DNA of 63,987 nucleotides, the filler included, from Octopus bimaculoides (Eukaryota), in the NCBI RefSeq assembly GCF_001194135.2. It is 10 parts of 9 records of this genome, joined end to end, with 100 filler letters (N's around TTAATTAATTAA, not from the genome) between each part and the next. Parts side by side here need not be neighbours in the genome. Positions count along the whole stretch, not along the records: positions 9,688 to 26,561 come from NC_068981.1; 9 more parts are not named here. The stretch is one strand, 5' to 3'. Each line of letters begins with the position of its first letter. Position 1 is the first letter of the stretch. Position numbers and translations under genes: made by a program. Of the stretch, positions 12,261 through 25,467 are shown one piece after another. Under the pieces are notes generated by a model that ran no database searches, was not told the origin of the DNA, and saw only the letters and a list, made by a program, of their open reading frames with translations.

Positions 12261-12453
12261 ATGAAAGTTATCCGATTGCGGTGAAAAGTACAAGATACCA
12301 GAGACGATTGTTCATAATCTCAGGATTTCTGCTAAAAAGATAGCTTACTGGACGTTAGACCTTGAACAAAGAGAGAGATACGTATATAGCGGAGAACAAA
12401 GTTACAGGTAGGAGTTCCATGTTCAGAAAGGAAGACGCATGCGTAGGCGGTAA

Positions 12454-12501
<48 letters not shown>

Positions 12502-13849
12502 TCACTTTGGGTATAAACCTTGTAGTATGCTATAGAAAGCGCGTTTACAGGTATTGGCTAATAAATGCTATTATACAGTTTGACGGATCATATCACTGAC
12601 TATACGTCTGGAAATCTGTGAAATACCCGTAGAGTATATACAAAAATATGGATTAGAGAAGAAAAGGATCGAGCAACACGCTTTATTGTGTAATACTATA
12701 ATTGCTTCGTCGTGAGAGAACAATTGTGGTATTATGCGGTAAAGCGTGTTGCTCAATCCCTTTTCTCTTATTCATTTATGTGTGCGTGTGTATGTGTGCG
12801 TATGCATGTATGTATGCATGTATGTATGCATGTATGTATGTGTGTGTGCGCGCGCATGTGTGTGTATGATCTTAATGTTATTGATTTCATAGTTGTGCTA
12901 CGTCCCTTCTATTAATAAAATAGCTACTTCAGCTGGAAACTGAAACAGTCGTGGACTGTAATCAACTAAAATTAATCAATATCAATTATCATTGTAAAAT
13001 TATGCTTTACTTAATGACAATAGCGATATAAATTAAGAAGGTCATACTTGCTCAAATCTCTAAGCTCAAGTTATCGAAATTCATTTAAAATCAGAATACT
13101 CTTTTTGTTGTTGTTGTTGCTGTTGTTTATCTATGATATACAAGTATAGCAGTCGTATACCTTAATGTTTCATTGATGGTCACAGGCTGAACTATTAAAA
13201 TAAAGTTTGTCAATAGAAAGGTAACTTTCCTTGTCAAGTATCGAACTCGCAACTTTTATGAAGCACTAATTTTCAGAACGAATGTACACAGTATGTATAC
13301 TTGGAATAGAAAATTGAGAGTGTGTTTACTACAATTCATGGCAACCTTCAAAATATTAGTTTCCTTTTAAATTAGCAGAAACGTTATATATTTTAATGGA
13401 AACATAAATATGATAGTATCATGATGTGCATACCTTTTAGAATGTCATTTACACGATAAATGAAGCGAATGACTTTACGAAATCGATTTGTAGATCAAAT
13501 TTCATGTGCATTATTAAGAGCTTACATTTAAACGTATTGTAGTCTTCACGTTAAGTCTGAAATGTTAAGGCTTGGTAGCTTGTTAAAATGAATGAATTAG
13601 AAGAATGTAGGAAAGTATTTTACGCATGAAAATGTTAGCACATAGTTCAGTGCATTGTTAAACAAGAAAAGAAATAGATATATTTCTAGTGATGGAATAT
13701 TAAATGTCACAGCTATGAATCCTATTCTAAGTTGTTATTTTACTTATTGGCTTTATGTAGGTAATCGCTTTCAGAAAGCAAAATTCTGTTCAAATTTATA
13801 AATAGCTTTGATGAATATCTAATCGCGAAAGTTTATCAGTTAAAACAAT

Positions 13850-14054
13850 CATATTTTCCGGCATACAAGTCGAATATTTAGAACAAAATTTACAGCTTTA
13901 AAATGTTGGTCACCTTATATACCAAGATGATTTGGGAGGACCGAAAGTTCCATATGGAATACAACAGGATTGGAAAGATATTGATGGTGTTTGAATGTTT
14001 ATACTACGTATTTACACTATATAACTATGTTGACTTATATGCTGAAAAATAGGG
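13850..14054. mobile_element. Tc2/pogo-like MITE, degenerate
   Basis: Imperfect terminal inverted repeats ATTTTCCGGCATACAAGTCG / TGACTTATATGCTGAAAAAT. Confidence 0.55.
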
Positions 14055-14110
14055 CATTTATTTCCATTCCATTAGACAGCTAATTCAAGTTATTTGTTTT
14101 TGCTTTCTAG

Positions 14111-14160
14111 GTAACGACTTAAATGATTCTTCAGCGCCTTCTCTGGCTTTGTTGATATCA
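14111..14160 (+). CDS. LRRC74A: LRRC74-like exon B
   Basis: Acceptor tgctttctag, donor gtaagt. Translates (S)NDLNDSSAPSLALLIS, phase 1 to 0, completing the LxLxxNxL motif begun in exon A. Confidence 0.85.
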
Positions 14161-15450
14161 GTAAGTGGTACCCTGCTTTAATTTATTAGTATAAATGGCA
14201 ATTTATATCATAGTGATTATAAATATTGGGGTCATTTGTTATATGTTCGTATCTTGTTCCCGATGTACTATTGTGCTCCTGTACTATGTCCGATAAAAGC
14301 TTTTAATTCGAAACCACAAAAAAAACCGCAGATTTTACCAGGTAGAGATCTCTTAGAAAATGTATTACCATCCATAAAGTGTTTCTGGTGACCTAAAACA
14401 GTTAAAGCTTATAAACTGACTGTGTTGTTAGGGTTCCATTGAAGGCTGATGCTTGAGGCAGCGCGTGAAAGGCAAGTCATTTAGTCGGAGGTTACCTTTC
14501 TGAAAACAATTAAACAAGCTGAGTTTATAGTTGAGCTGACAAATTTTCTGGGCGGAGTAAAGTTCTATTTCCATTCATTTATATATATATGTATATATAT
14601 AAATATATTATCCACTTGTCAGAGGTGCTCCGCTCTAAGAAAGTACTTATTGTTGAAAAGACGTGCAGAGGAGTATCAAGCGTAGAAGTCCAAGCAAGCA
14701 AAGGAAAGAAAAGAAACAAGGATTGATAAATACAATATCAGAAACAGGTTGTACAGGAAGATTACTAGCTTAGAAAGACATGTGTAATAGTTATATTGCG
14801 AATGATATACATGTATGGTTAGTCCACATTACTCTGTAAGGAGCGGCGGGCTGGCTTTCCGGTTTCTCTGGTCTATATATTTTTCTCTGGACAGAACGCC
14901 GGTCCGTCACCGGATAACTCATTTTTTACCAGCTGAGTGAACTGAGCAGCGTGAAATTGTTTCGCTCAACACCAAAACGCATCGTCCGGTTCAGGTATCG
15001 AAACTACAATCTTACCATCCTGAGTCCAACATCCAAACCATTAAGCCATGCGCCTCCGCAGTAGGCATATATAGTGTATGATAACAGAAATTACAAATCA
15101 AAAAATAGAATCGCTATTTTCTGCAAGTTACTTTAACTCAATTAATTTGACATATCTCCACGAAAAATAGTTTCAAACATGACATTTCTCACCAAAAGAA
15201 AGATTGGTATATAAAACTGCTTCCCACAGTTATGGGTTAGGAAATTTTGAGTGGATATATCTGATTTCCACAATAAAATGGTTAAATAGTGGAAACAAGT
15301 TAAAGGCACCTTGACATAAACCACCTGATATCATGTATAAATAGTTAATAGTAAATAATAGTAAATATTTTAAACTGAATAAGTTAGAAAAACATATTAA
15401 ATCAATATGGCTATGGTGAAATTTCGGAACAATCTTTTGTCTCTTTACAG

Positions 15451-15618
15451 AATGCCAGAAAGTTAGAATATTTGGACATTAGCCACAACAATTTGGAAAA
15501 CAAATCTGGAAAAATAATTGGACCGGCACTTTCTGAGAGCAGTTCTCTCAAACATCTCAATATGAGTTGGAATAATATTAGATCAAATGGCTTGGAAGCA
15601 ATGGGAACTGGTTTGAAA
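15451..15618 (+). CDS. LRRC74A: LRRC74-like exon C (two 28-aa LRRs)
   Basis: Acceptor ctctttacag, donor gtaagt. 168 nt: NARKLEYLDISHNNLENKSGKIIGPALSESSSLKHLNMSWNNIRSNGLEAMGTGLK. Confidence 0.93.
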
Positions 15619-16559
15619 GTAAGTATAACTTTTGTAGGAGATATAAATGCTCTGGATGGAGATTTAAGTGTCTTGGCTATGGACCCACAACAATACTGGT
15701 GACAGAATATGAACCATCGACCAGCATTCAATCAATTTGAGTCGTAATGTCTACATATTAGTAATTAATGTTATTAGAATTGTTTGGTTAGTAACGTAGG
15801 GCAAGAGATAAGCTCTTGGTGAGTTAAAACTACGATCTATTTTCTATCCCCAGTTCGTGTAAAGTCATTTCACGTGTGTTTGCTGTAATATTTGTTAAAG
15901 AGGAGAAAGAGAAAAACTTAAGTTTCAATCCAAAACTAAGATAAGCAGACAAGACAACGGATAAACCCTATATCCAAGCAATATATTAGAGTATAACAAA
16001 AAAGAGAGGACAGGATCATTAATTGACAGTATATGTAAACAGTACGAGAGACATGCTCATCCAAGCAATACATAAGTAGTTTTAAAGGTGATAATTGACA
16101 TTAAGAGCGGCAATTTAAGACCGATAAAATCAATAAGCCCAATAACGAAACTCTAACCACTTACTGGGCAACCACTTCACCAGTTACACTACAGAGTTAC
16201 AAAGTGCCTCTCATTACATCTCAAATTAGATACTATGAACTATTTATCTTATTCTAATTAAACTATTTCATCTCCATAGGAATTCTTAGCCACCTTGCAG
16301 TAGCAGAATGGACTAGTTTATTGGTATACAACGTGTGAAGGTTTCCTACTTCAGTTCAATGTTTTCAGCGAGAAACTACGAATTAGTAAAATTGCTTTAT
16401 GAAATTTATTCATCACATTTCGTTGGAAAAAAATCCAGCCGAAGTAGGAGACCTTATAATGGACATTAGTTGAATATTCGTTCCTGTTATAACTATGTTA
16501 CTGATTTTGTAGAGATAATATAGTACTACTACAAAAACAGAAACAATTTATAATATTTG

Positions 16560-17300
16560 TTCATGTAAATACTTGTGTGCTGAAGATGCTGCTGTTCTTC
16601 ATGTCCGAATGTAGGAGTCGATGTCTCCTCAGACGTTGAAGCAGTTCTGTAGGTGTTTCAACCACTTCTACTGAGACACCAGAGCTACCCAGGGCCACCC
16701 ACTGATGTGGACGACAAAACTCACGCACAATATAACAAGATTTAATGAGTCAGATGTTGTGACTTCAGGTCAGATATTTCTGTCATCCTCAATATTCGTT
16801 TTTGCTGCACCATTTGTCCTCTCTCTTGAGCTAGATGTAATGGCCAGCTTTCTCAGTAGCTTCTGACAGTTTTCTGGCAGCATCTTTTCTCTCCTTCGCA
16901 ACTAGACCAAGACTTCTGGTCCCAACAAATCTTCTAACGCCTATCACTGCAGTAAGACATATTGCCTCCCAATTATAGTTTTCAATGTTCAGCCAACTCG
17001 TTGTATTTTCTGTCTTTCCTGAAGAAAACGTCTTCGATGTTCGATTCCCAAGAAACCGTCACCTCTACTATCTTTACCACTTTCTTTACCTTGCACCTCA
17101 AGAAAAAGTCGCGTCTTTTGGTGACAGAAAGTGGGAAGCGATATTTACCATCAAGGTCAACAGAGACCTCCCAAGTCCCTTCTGTTCTGATTGTTCTTCA
17201 CCTTACAGCGGCTAACTTGCAGCGTCCACCTTTTCTTCACAACTTTATCTTCCTGTGCGCCACTATTTGTGGTCTTTCGCCGTTGTTAATTTACTTTGGC
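16560..17300 (-). mobile_element. Hero/NeSL-like (R2 group) non-LTR element 3' end with REL endonuclease
   Basis: Minus strand WEVSVDLDGKYRFP...RRDFF...KIVEVTVSWESNIEDVFFRKDRKYNELAEH is a degenerate RPD...ELTVPWE...RKxxKY motif, followed by RKDAARKLSEATEKA. Confidence 0.75.
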
Positions 17301-17469
17301 CTCTCTGTCATTGCCTCAGTGTTCTAGGTACTTTATTATGCCGCCATGTGTATCTGATTAATTATCTAGTAGAGATAACAAAGTATTGTTCTAGAACAGA
17401 AACAATTCATAGTAGATACGATAAAGTTTCCTTATCGTTGTTCTTTTTGTTAGAAATGTTGCTTAATAA

Positions 17470-19219
17470 CATTGTACGAGAAATTTTAGGGTCAAGAAAA
17501 AACATAGTTCTTATGTACATTTTATTATGAAGTTGATTGTGCTAAATTCGAATTTCATAACAAAAATTTCCCAACCCGTCACATTTTCTTGTAAATAACT
17601 GACTTAATAACTATGCAACTTATACTGATTTTTACGATACCATAAATTTATTTTGCTCCCAAAGTCAGATTAAATATGTCCTTTGTAATTAATTCATAAA
17701 TATATAATGAATCGGAGTGTTTGTTAGCATTATATAATGTATTAAACTACAATTTAGTATTACTTCTCCGTTTATAAGACTCTCAGGTGTATCACACTTC
17801 AGGTTCCAGCAGAAGCCAGTCAGCATAGCTAGGCTTCATTTTCCCTTATACCTGTTTTCCATTGACGCTATATCTTGATGGAACCTCTCTCCATGTTCAT
17901 CACTCACATCGCCTGCATTCTCTGAGAAGAAGGACAAATGAGAATGAAGAAAGTGTATCTGAAGTGACATATTGCACCTGAGATCATGGTAGCACTTGAT
18001 TAGGCTCTCCACTATACTCTCTTGCTGGGCCACTTCTTGATTTCCCAGAAGTCCTTTGCATACCTCTTTGAAAGCATGCTAGGCCGCTAGCTCAGTTTCA
18101 TCCATTGTCGCCTCGAAGTCCTCATCAGCTATAAGTTGACGAATCTGAGGGCCTACAAATATGTGCTCTTTAATCTTGGCTTCAGTTATTTTAGGGAAGA
18201 TCGCCTTAAAGTACTGGAAACATAGCTTGATATGTTGCAGTGCTTTGGTAAATTGCTTCATTAGGCCTAGTTTTATATGCAGTGGTGGTAAAATGATTTT
18301 CTCTTTCTTAACTAGTGGCCATTTTCCGATGTGGCCATTCTGAGCGTAGATAATATTCTGATCTGACCCTACTATCCCACTTGCAAAGGAAGCGCATAAA
18401 CTTGGTGTATCCAGTTTGTAGCCCATTAAGTAGAGCTACTACTTTCAAGTTCGCACAAATTAGCCATTCATGCTCTTTGTAACTTATGCGGTCTAAAATA
18501 AAAGCGAGGCTTTCATATGTCTTTCTTAAAATGACTGAGTGAGCGATTGGAACTGGAGGCATGATGTTCCCAATGTGCAAGAGAGCCGCTTTTATGCTGT
18601 AAAGGGATGCATCTATGAATAACCTCCACTCATTTGGTTCATAGGCCAACTCAAGGGCATTGAATAGGTCTCTGATATCATTACAATTAGTCGAATTGTT
18701 TTCCAAAGTGAAGAATTGCTGTAGATCTGCAAAACGCTTCCTAAATACTGTACTTCGAACATCTTTATCCAACAGGTTCTATTGTTGCAGACGTGAGGTT
18801 AGGACTTCATTCTGTTGCTTAGTATGTGTTAGATCACGAACTAGATCATTGAGTTCAGGTTGGCTGATGAGGTGTAGTTTCTTATCGGATTTACCACGGA
18901 TTTGGACCCAAATAACTATAAAAATATTGATTGTAATTTTATAATCTTCATAAGTTAGGTTGAAAAATAGCTTAGGGATACTCCATTAAAATTATATCAA
19001 AATCCGTTCATAACTTCGGACCAATACTGTTTGCACTCAATTCCTACGGAAGCACCAGTGTATTTAACATAAGTAAGATGGTAATTTAGGTAATTTACGA
19101 GAAACTGGAGGGTCACAGAAAGAAACAAATGTTATATTCATGATCTACACACAAAAGACCCCTGGAAAAGTTTATTTTCATTTCCGGTTTTTTTTGTTTT
19201 TTTTCATTGTTATACGGTA
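17470..19219 (-). mobile_element. Chapaev3-like (CMC) DNA transposon, internally deleted
   Basis: Fragments ELNDLVRDL, EWRLFIDAS, LPPLHIKLGLMKQF, FVGPQIRQL and HFLHSHL...DEHGERFHQDI. Degenerate termini CATTGTACGAG (17470) and TACCGTATAAC (reverse complement, 19219) are each flanked by TAA. Confidence 0.75.
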
Positions 19220-19237
19220 TAATTAATATTGCATTTA

Positions 19238-19450
19238 AGGCTGCGAGCTGGCAGAATCTTTACTGTGCCAGGCAAAATGTTTAGCGACATTTCGTCCGTC
19301 TTCACGTTCTAAACTCGAATGCTGCCGAGGTCCACTTTGCCTTTCATCCTTTCGGGGTCAATAAAATAAGTCCCAGTTGAACAGTGGGGTCGATTTAATC
19401 GACTTATCCCAACCTCCGAAACTGCTGGCCTTGTACCAAAATTTGAAATC
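19238..19450 (+). mobile_element. SINE family A
   Basis: ggctgcgagctggcagaat...ctttcatcctttcggggtc. A more decayed copy follows at about 19640-19800. Confidence 0.85.
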
Positions 19451-19866
19451 AATAAATTATATTGCATTCTAATTGTGATTTCAAAGTTTTAAATGTATCA
19501 ACCATTTCCACTTCTCTAATAATAATGATTTATAAAATTTTCACAAGGTCATAAATTTGGAAGTAAAGATAGAGAAGACTTAATTAACGCTATTATTCGA
19601 CAAATACTAATTTCATTATGGCTGACAGGTGTAAGACAGCGAGCTGATAGAATTGTTAGTGCGTCGGACAAAATGCTGACCTTGTGCCCAAAAAATTAGA
19701 ATTGTGTTTGACCAGATGAACCCCAAAGTTAAACACGACATTATTTGAACTCAAAACGTAAGCGAATGAAACAAAATACAACAGGATGTCCAGCACTTTT
19801 CCGTTTCTATAATAATAACATTGTTAAAAAATATTCTTAATTGAATAAGCTATACTTTCATTACAG

Positions 19867-19982
19867 AATAATGATACTCTGACATACTTAGACGTCTCTT
19901 GGAATGGTATTGACAAAAATGCGGCTAAAGCAATCGGTGAAGCACTGAAATCTAATTCCACATTAGAACATTTAAACATCAG
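19867..19982 (+). CDS. LRRC74A: LRRC74-like exon D
   Basis: Acceptor tttcattacag, donor AG|gtaat. NNDTLTYLDVSWNGIDKNAAKAIGEALKSNSTLEHLNI plus 2 nt (phase 0 to 2). Confidence 0.93.
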
Positions 19983-20140
19983 GTAATCTCTGTTGTTATA
20001 TACAATGTATATACTCACGTAAAAGTCGAATATTTTTGACTAAAACTTGGGATGCGACTATTACACAGATAATATATTTGAGGAGCTGAAATTCAAGGTA
20101 CACCGTACTAGTTGCAGAACCCCCAAGTGGTCTTTTAAAT

Positions 20141-20476
20141 CAGTGGTTCTCAACCATTTTTATCTATGGATCACTTCGATTACTATTTTCTCTAATGGAC
20201 CACCACAGCCATTCGATGTTTAAAAACTAATTTTATAGATGCTTCTTTCAAAATTCCTATACGGTTATTCATACATTTACTTACATGGGATGAACTATGT
20301 AAAACGTTAGAGAAAGAAACCTAACTGTTTCTTGCAGTACATACAATTAAATGAAGACTTTCCATGTACCCTCAAAGTACTACTGTAGATCTCTAATTTA
20401 CTTTTTTGCTAGTGTGGACCCCCAGAAATCTTATATGAACCCCAGGGGTTATATGGACCCCGGTTGTGAACCACTG
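20141..20476. mobile_element. hAT (Charlie-like) MITE
   Basis: TIRs CAGTGGTTCTCAACC / GGTTGTGAACCACTG with 8-bp TSD TTTTAAAT / TCTTAAAT. Confidence 0.88.
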
Positions 20477-20774
20477 TCTTAAATGAATAAAGGAAAATAC
20501 ATTGAACTTCAGTATCTATAATAATCCAAAAATGATGCGTTAAATCACTCGTCCTATTAAGAATATGACGAAGCAACTTTTATGAATGTTAATACTTGCT
20601 GTTTTACTTGTATCCATCACACTTGGACAACTACATTTGTCGAAGTCCCACACAAATCACTGTCACTGCATATATCAGAGCTGAATTACAAATTAGGTAT
20701 TTTTATTAAAATTAGAATGATAAATACGATGAATGAAAATTAATATGTAAACTTTATTTCTGCATACAGAATTA

Positions 20775-20990
20775 TTAGGTTGGTGCATAATTATTGCGGC
20801 TTTTTTTTTAAAATAAATTTTATTCAACAAAAAATTTTAACAAAACGCCAATTTAAATAAAACGCCAAGCAGAAATTGAAGTAGATTGTGAATATGCTCC
20901 GGAATAATCATTTAAACATAATTTTGTTAAGTGTTTTTATTCAAAATTTATTGAAAAAAAGAAAGCCGCAATAATTATGCACCAACCTAA
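20775..20990. mobile_element. mariner-derived MITE
   Basis: Perfect 26-bp TIRs TTAGGTTGGTGCATAATTATTGCGGC with TA at both flanks (20773-74, 20991-92). Confidence 0.93.
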
Positions 20991-21687
20991 TATAAAAGAA
21001 AAGAAAATTACATAAGTCTTACAAACTTCAAACTCAAAAGTTCATTAAAATCACATAATTTTCTTATCTAGATAAGCAATAAGGCTTTTGTGCAATCCTC
21101 GTTCTCTACCAAATTAATAAATCATATCGTCTCATGAACCTTTTGCACTATTTGGCACTTACCTTAAAACCCAAAATGATCGGCTTCTTTGATTCCTTTT
21201 GGGCATAGATTCGGATGGCTCCGAGTTTTATACAATGCTTTCTGTCATTTACATTCTCTGCTTTACAGCTGTATTCATATAGGAATTGTTGGATGATGAA
21301 TCTCTGCGTACTTCTGCATCTGAGATATAACTATAATGAAAGATAAATGCATACAGCTAGCTAATATATATATATATATACGAGCCGTCCATGGGGCTAA
21401 GCCCATTATGGATGCGAAACCATTGGTCACTCTATGACCGGACAAATGTGTGTGCGTGTGTGTTTGTGTATGTATTTATAAGTTAGTTTAATGTATCACG
21501 CTAATTTTACTACATTAATTGCAGTTTTCTTCTTTAATGAAGATAAGAAAATCCATAACCTAATGTCTGCATGAACTGCTTTATCAAAAGAAATGATGGA
21601 TGAGGTATTCATTTCCATGCCTTATCAGTTCTAAGTACTGTCTCGAGTCTGAGGACTCATACGACCACTAACTCGGTTTCCATGACG

Positions 21688-22000
21688 TATAAGTGACCGA
21701 GATCACAACATTCCCCCTGAACGAGACACCATCTGCTGAGGGGGAGATCACAACATGCCCCCTAAACGAGACACCATCTGCTGAGGGGGTTTACAGTTAC
21801 AGCTGAGTGAACTGGAGTAACATGAAATAAAGTGTTTTGCTCAAAAGCTCAAGCACAGCTCAATCTGGGAATAGAAACCACGATTGCAAACATCGTGAGT
21901 GCAACATTCTAACCACTTGGCTACGCGCTTGTCCACAAGAGCATGTCCACAAGAGCATGTCCACAAGAGCAAATGTCCACTACACATGTCCACAAGAACA
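21688..22000. repeat. ~45-bp tandem duplication plus 14-bp minisatellite
   Basis: gagatcacaacat(t/g)cccc...acgagacaccatctgctgagggg x2 and gtccacaagagcat x4-5. Confidence 0.8.
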
Positions 22001-22690
22001 AATGTTGGTTCGTTATCAGGGAAAAAACTGGGATCGACTTTTGTTTGTGTAAATAGAGCGTGTGCGTGTCTGTGCGTGTCTGTGCGTAGTTGCACGCGTG
22101 TGCGTGTCTGTGCGCGTGTGCGTATCTATGCGTGGGTGCGTGTCCGTGCACGTGTGCGTGTCTGTGCGCGTGTGCGTGTATGTGCGCGTGTGCGTGCATG
22201 TGCATATGTGTGTGTTCATATCAGCCCTTTAAGAAAATTGATTGGTAGAGAAATGTTTATTGCGGTCATTTAGAACATTATTAATGTAAAGATTTTCAGC
22301 AATGCAAAGACACAGCCACTGTTCATATCAAGGAAATACTCTCGCACCCATCCTTTTCTAATTTCGAACAACACACAAGTAATATCATTAAGGTCGCTAC
22401 TTCGATTCACTATCTCTGACGATCTTTCCTGGTGACTCCTACATACATAACACAGCTAGAAGCGTGTCCCAAGGACTAGCCTTCGTCACCTGGAACAGAA
22501 AATGCTTCAGAATTGATCAGCCACTGACCTTTTACAAAGGTCAAGAATCACAATGATGCGCTGCTCACGTATCTGAGACGGTGCTACTGGTCCAGGTACA
22601 AACATTTTAGACTAGCATTTCACCGATTTACTAAGATTTATTCTACGTACACGCTATAATCTCAAAATAACGAATTTGCTGTCCTCTCTC

Positions 22691-22770
<80 letters not shown>

Positions 22771-22835
22771 ACATACACGCAAACACACACACATACACAC
22801 ACTCACTATATCTCCAGCATTTCTACTTCTTTCAG

Positions 22836-22914
22836 CAATTGCCGAGTTAACGCTGAATCTTCCGTGTTGATCGCAATCGGAATAAGTAGCAACAGCAGTC
22901 TTAAAGTTCTAAAG
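22836..22914 (+). CDS. LRRC74A: LRRC74-like exon E
   Basis: Acceptor ttctacttctttcag, donor gttagt. (S)NCRVNAESSVLIAIGISSNSSLKVLK, phase 2 to 0, in frame with exons D and F. Confidence 0.88.
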
Positions 22915-23309
22915 GTTAGTCTCTCACATTCTCATGCACTGTCAGTCTCCCCCCTCTCTCTCTCTCCCTCTCTCCCTCTCTCTCTCTCTCTCTCTATTTC
23001 TATCTATCTCTCCATTTTTGTATGTCTATATTAAATAAAACATCAACACTTCACTTCAGTAAGTGTTATAATAACGCAAGGTTTCGATATTAAGTCGATT
23101 TGTGTTAAAAAATTAACATGACTTGAGCCTCAAAAACTTGCGTTTGTGAAAATCAAACCCACGGAAATAAAGAAACAAATATACATATGCATAAATTTAG
23201 AACAAGACCCTGAACATTCTTAACTTATAAAATCATGAAAATTTATCAAAACCATACAAAATTTTGAATGGAAAATTTTCAACCAGTCATTTAACATGAG
23301 CTACCAAGA

Positions 23310-23420
23310 TCATCATCATCATCATTTAATTCCGTTTTCCATGCTGGCATGGGTTGGACGGTTTGACTTGAGCTAGTAAACCGGAGAAATGTACCCGATT
23401 CCAATCTGATTTGGTACAGC
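23310..23420 (-). mobile_element. RTE-type 3' tail repeat ending in (GAT)n
   Basis: catcatcatttaattccgttttccatgctggcatgggttggacgg. Related pieces at about 57575-57690 (-) and 57850-57990 (+). Confidence 0.55.
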
Positions 23421-23483
23421 TCTCCAGTTGTAAGTGTAGGAATTATATTTACATGAACTGTTACATAATTTTACATATGATCC

Positions 23484-23533
23484 GTCTTTACAGCTGTTTC
23501 AATGCATCTGTGAATAGTGGATATCATCACGCA
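23484..23533 (-). ncRNA. Decayed hammerhead
   Basis: Minus strand (g)TGATGA...GAAAC-AGCT-GTA-AAGAC shares the GAAACAGCTGTA half-core with 7042-7121 and 61946-62001. The stem I 5' strand is lost. Confidence 0.35.
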
Positions 23534-23835
23534 TATTTCAGTATTACCGTTCTCTCCGTATTAATATTTGTTCAAACTTTTTCATATAGCGGACTCACCT
23601 GTTTTTATGTCTAAAGATTTTTTTCTAGAGGTTAAATAGTGGTTAGTTTTGCATTCCTTCAAGACACTAGCAAGGAATCTATTAGAGCCAACTGCAGAAT
23701 AATACTTGGTTTCGTTTATTACTGCAAAGATATCTAAATCTATAAAAGTTATGTTGGTGGTGATCGTTGGAGGTTGACATCATTGAAATAGTTCAAGTCA
23801 TCGCCAGAAGGTTAACCGAAGACACAACAATATTG

Positions 23836-24710
23836 TTTCTGCAAGATCTCTATCATTTGTTAAGCATCATAAAATAGAATGCTATCACTATATATCAGTT
23901 GACCGATGGGTGAGATAGCGGTCCAATGTATGTTGGCAAATAAATAGAACACTTTTGATTTGTGTTTGAGTTTTTTTTTAATAACCCTGTCTTTTCCTGT
24001 TGCCCTTTGGTTGCTGGTTTATATTTCATGCTGTTCTGCAGATATTGTTTTTAATTTAAGTGTTCTTACAGCTGTTGATTGTGGGGTCTGTTGGTGGTAG
24101 TATTTTAATTGATTAGTTATATATATATATATATATATATNNNNNNNNNNNNNNNNNNNNNNNNNNNNNNNNNNNNNNNNNNNNNNNNNNNNNNNNNNNN
24201 NNNNNNNNNNNNNNNNNNNNNNNNNNNNNNNNNNNNNNNNNNNNNNNNNNNNNNNNNNNNNNNNNNNNNNNNNNNNNNNNNNNNNNNNNNNNNNNNNNNN
24301 NNNNNNNNNNNNNNNNNNNNNNNNNNNNNNNNNNNNNNNNNNNNNNNNNNNNNNNNNNNNNNNNNNNNNNNNNNNNNNNNNNNNNNNNNNNNNNNNNNNN
24401 NNNNNNNNNNNNNNNNNNNNNNNNNNNNNNNNNNNNNNNNNNNNNNNNNNNNNNNNNNNNNNNNNNNNNNNNNNNNNNNNNNNNNNNNNNNNNNNNNNNN
24501 NNNNNNNNNNNNNNNNNNNNATTGTAATTTCGTATTTTCTTATGATGATTTTAGTCTATGCTGTGTGTGGAAGTTTGTGAGTTTGTGAATGTAAAAAAAT
24601 CTACATTTGCCAACAAACATTGGATCGCTATCTCACCCATCGGTCTACTGATATATAGTAATAGCATTTTATTTTATGATGCTTAACAAATGATACAGGT
24701 CTTGCAGAAA
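23836..24710. repeat. ~106-bp inverted repeat (23836-23941 / 24605-24710) around an (AT)n tract and N-gap
   Basis: tttctgcaagatctctatcatttgttaagcatcataaaat...tgttggcaaat is the reverse complement of atttgccaacaaac...cttgcagaaa at high identity. Confidence 0.85.
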
Positions 24711-25391
24711 GTAGAAAAATCTAAGAGGGGGAAGGGGTAATTGGTGATGGTTATTATTCGAGACAGGGGAGGTAATTGTTCATTTTTTTTAGGTGGAGAA
24801 AAACTCGAGCCTTCCAGTTGATTGGATAATTTCTGGACGGCTCGGAACTCCTATTCAAACAAGGAGAGAGGTTCACAATTAAAACCAACTTCACTTGTGC
24901 TTCCGAAAATCTAATTTATGTTATAACTTGTTCAGGTTGTGGGCATAACTATATAGGACAGACAAATATGACACTTAGACGGAGATCCACACTACATAAG
25001 GAACAGATCCGTTTCCCACAATGCAGACAGATTCCTTTGAGTGAACGCATAGAGAGATGTGCAGGTAATATCCGACCAAACTTTACAGTTTTCCCCATCT
25101 AGTGTAAAGAAACAATTTCCGTACAAGTACGTTTAAAGAAAGAAAATTTGTTTATCGAAAAATATAGAACACGCCTAAATATGAACGCATAAGCAACTTT
25201 GATTTCAGTTCATATTTTAATTCATGATTACATACCTATCACTGTACATATCTCATCCCACTACTTTAGCTTTTGAGTTTTTTGTATATTTATGCATATT
25301 TATTTTTCCCCTCCTCAAAAAAATGAGCAATTACCTCCCCTGTCCTGAATAATAACGATCGCCAATTACCTTCCCTTAGATTTTTCTACTT
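24709..25391 (+). mobile_element. Penelope-like GIY-YIG 3' fragment bracketed by ~80-bp inverted repeats
   Basis: 24845-25192 reads ELLFKQGERFTIKTNFTCASENLIYVITCSGCGHNYIGQT...HKEQI...KENLFIEKYRTRLNMNA* with one internal TAG at 25100-25102. 24709-24790 is the near reverse complement of 25317-25391. Confidence 0.85.
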
Positions 25392-25467
25392 GTTGGTTCA
25401 TTCTCAAACTTTCACACAATATGGACTAAAATCTTCTGAAGAAAATACGAAATTACAATGATTTCAA

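Noticed and set aside
21688-22000. Direct repeats as a CRISPR-like array
   Set aside because: The repeats are contiguous without unique spacers, the context is eukaryotic, and there are no cas genes.
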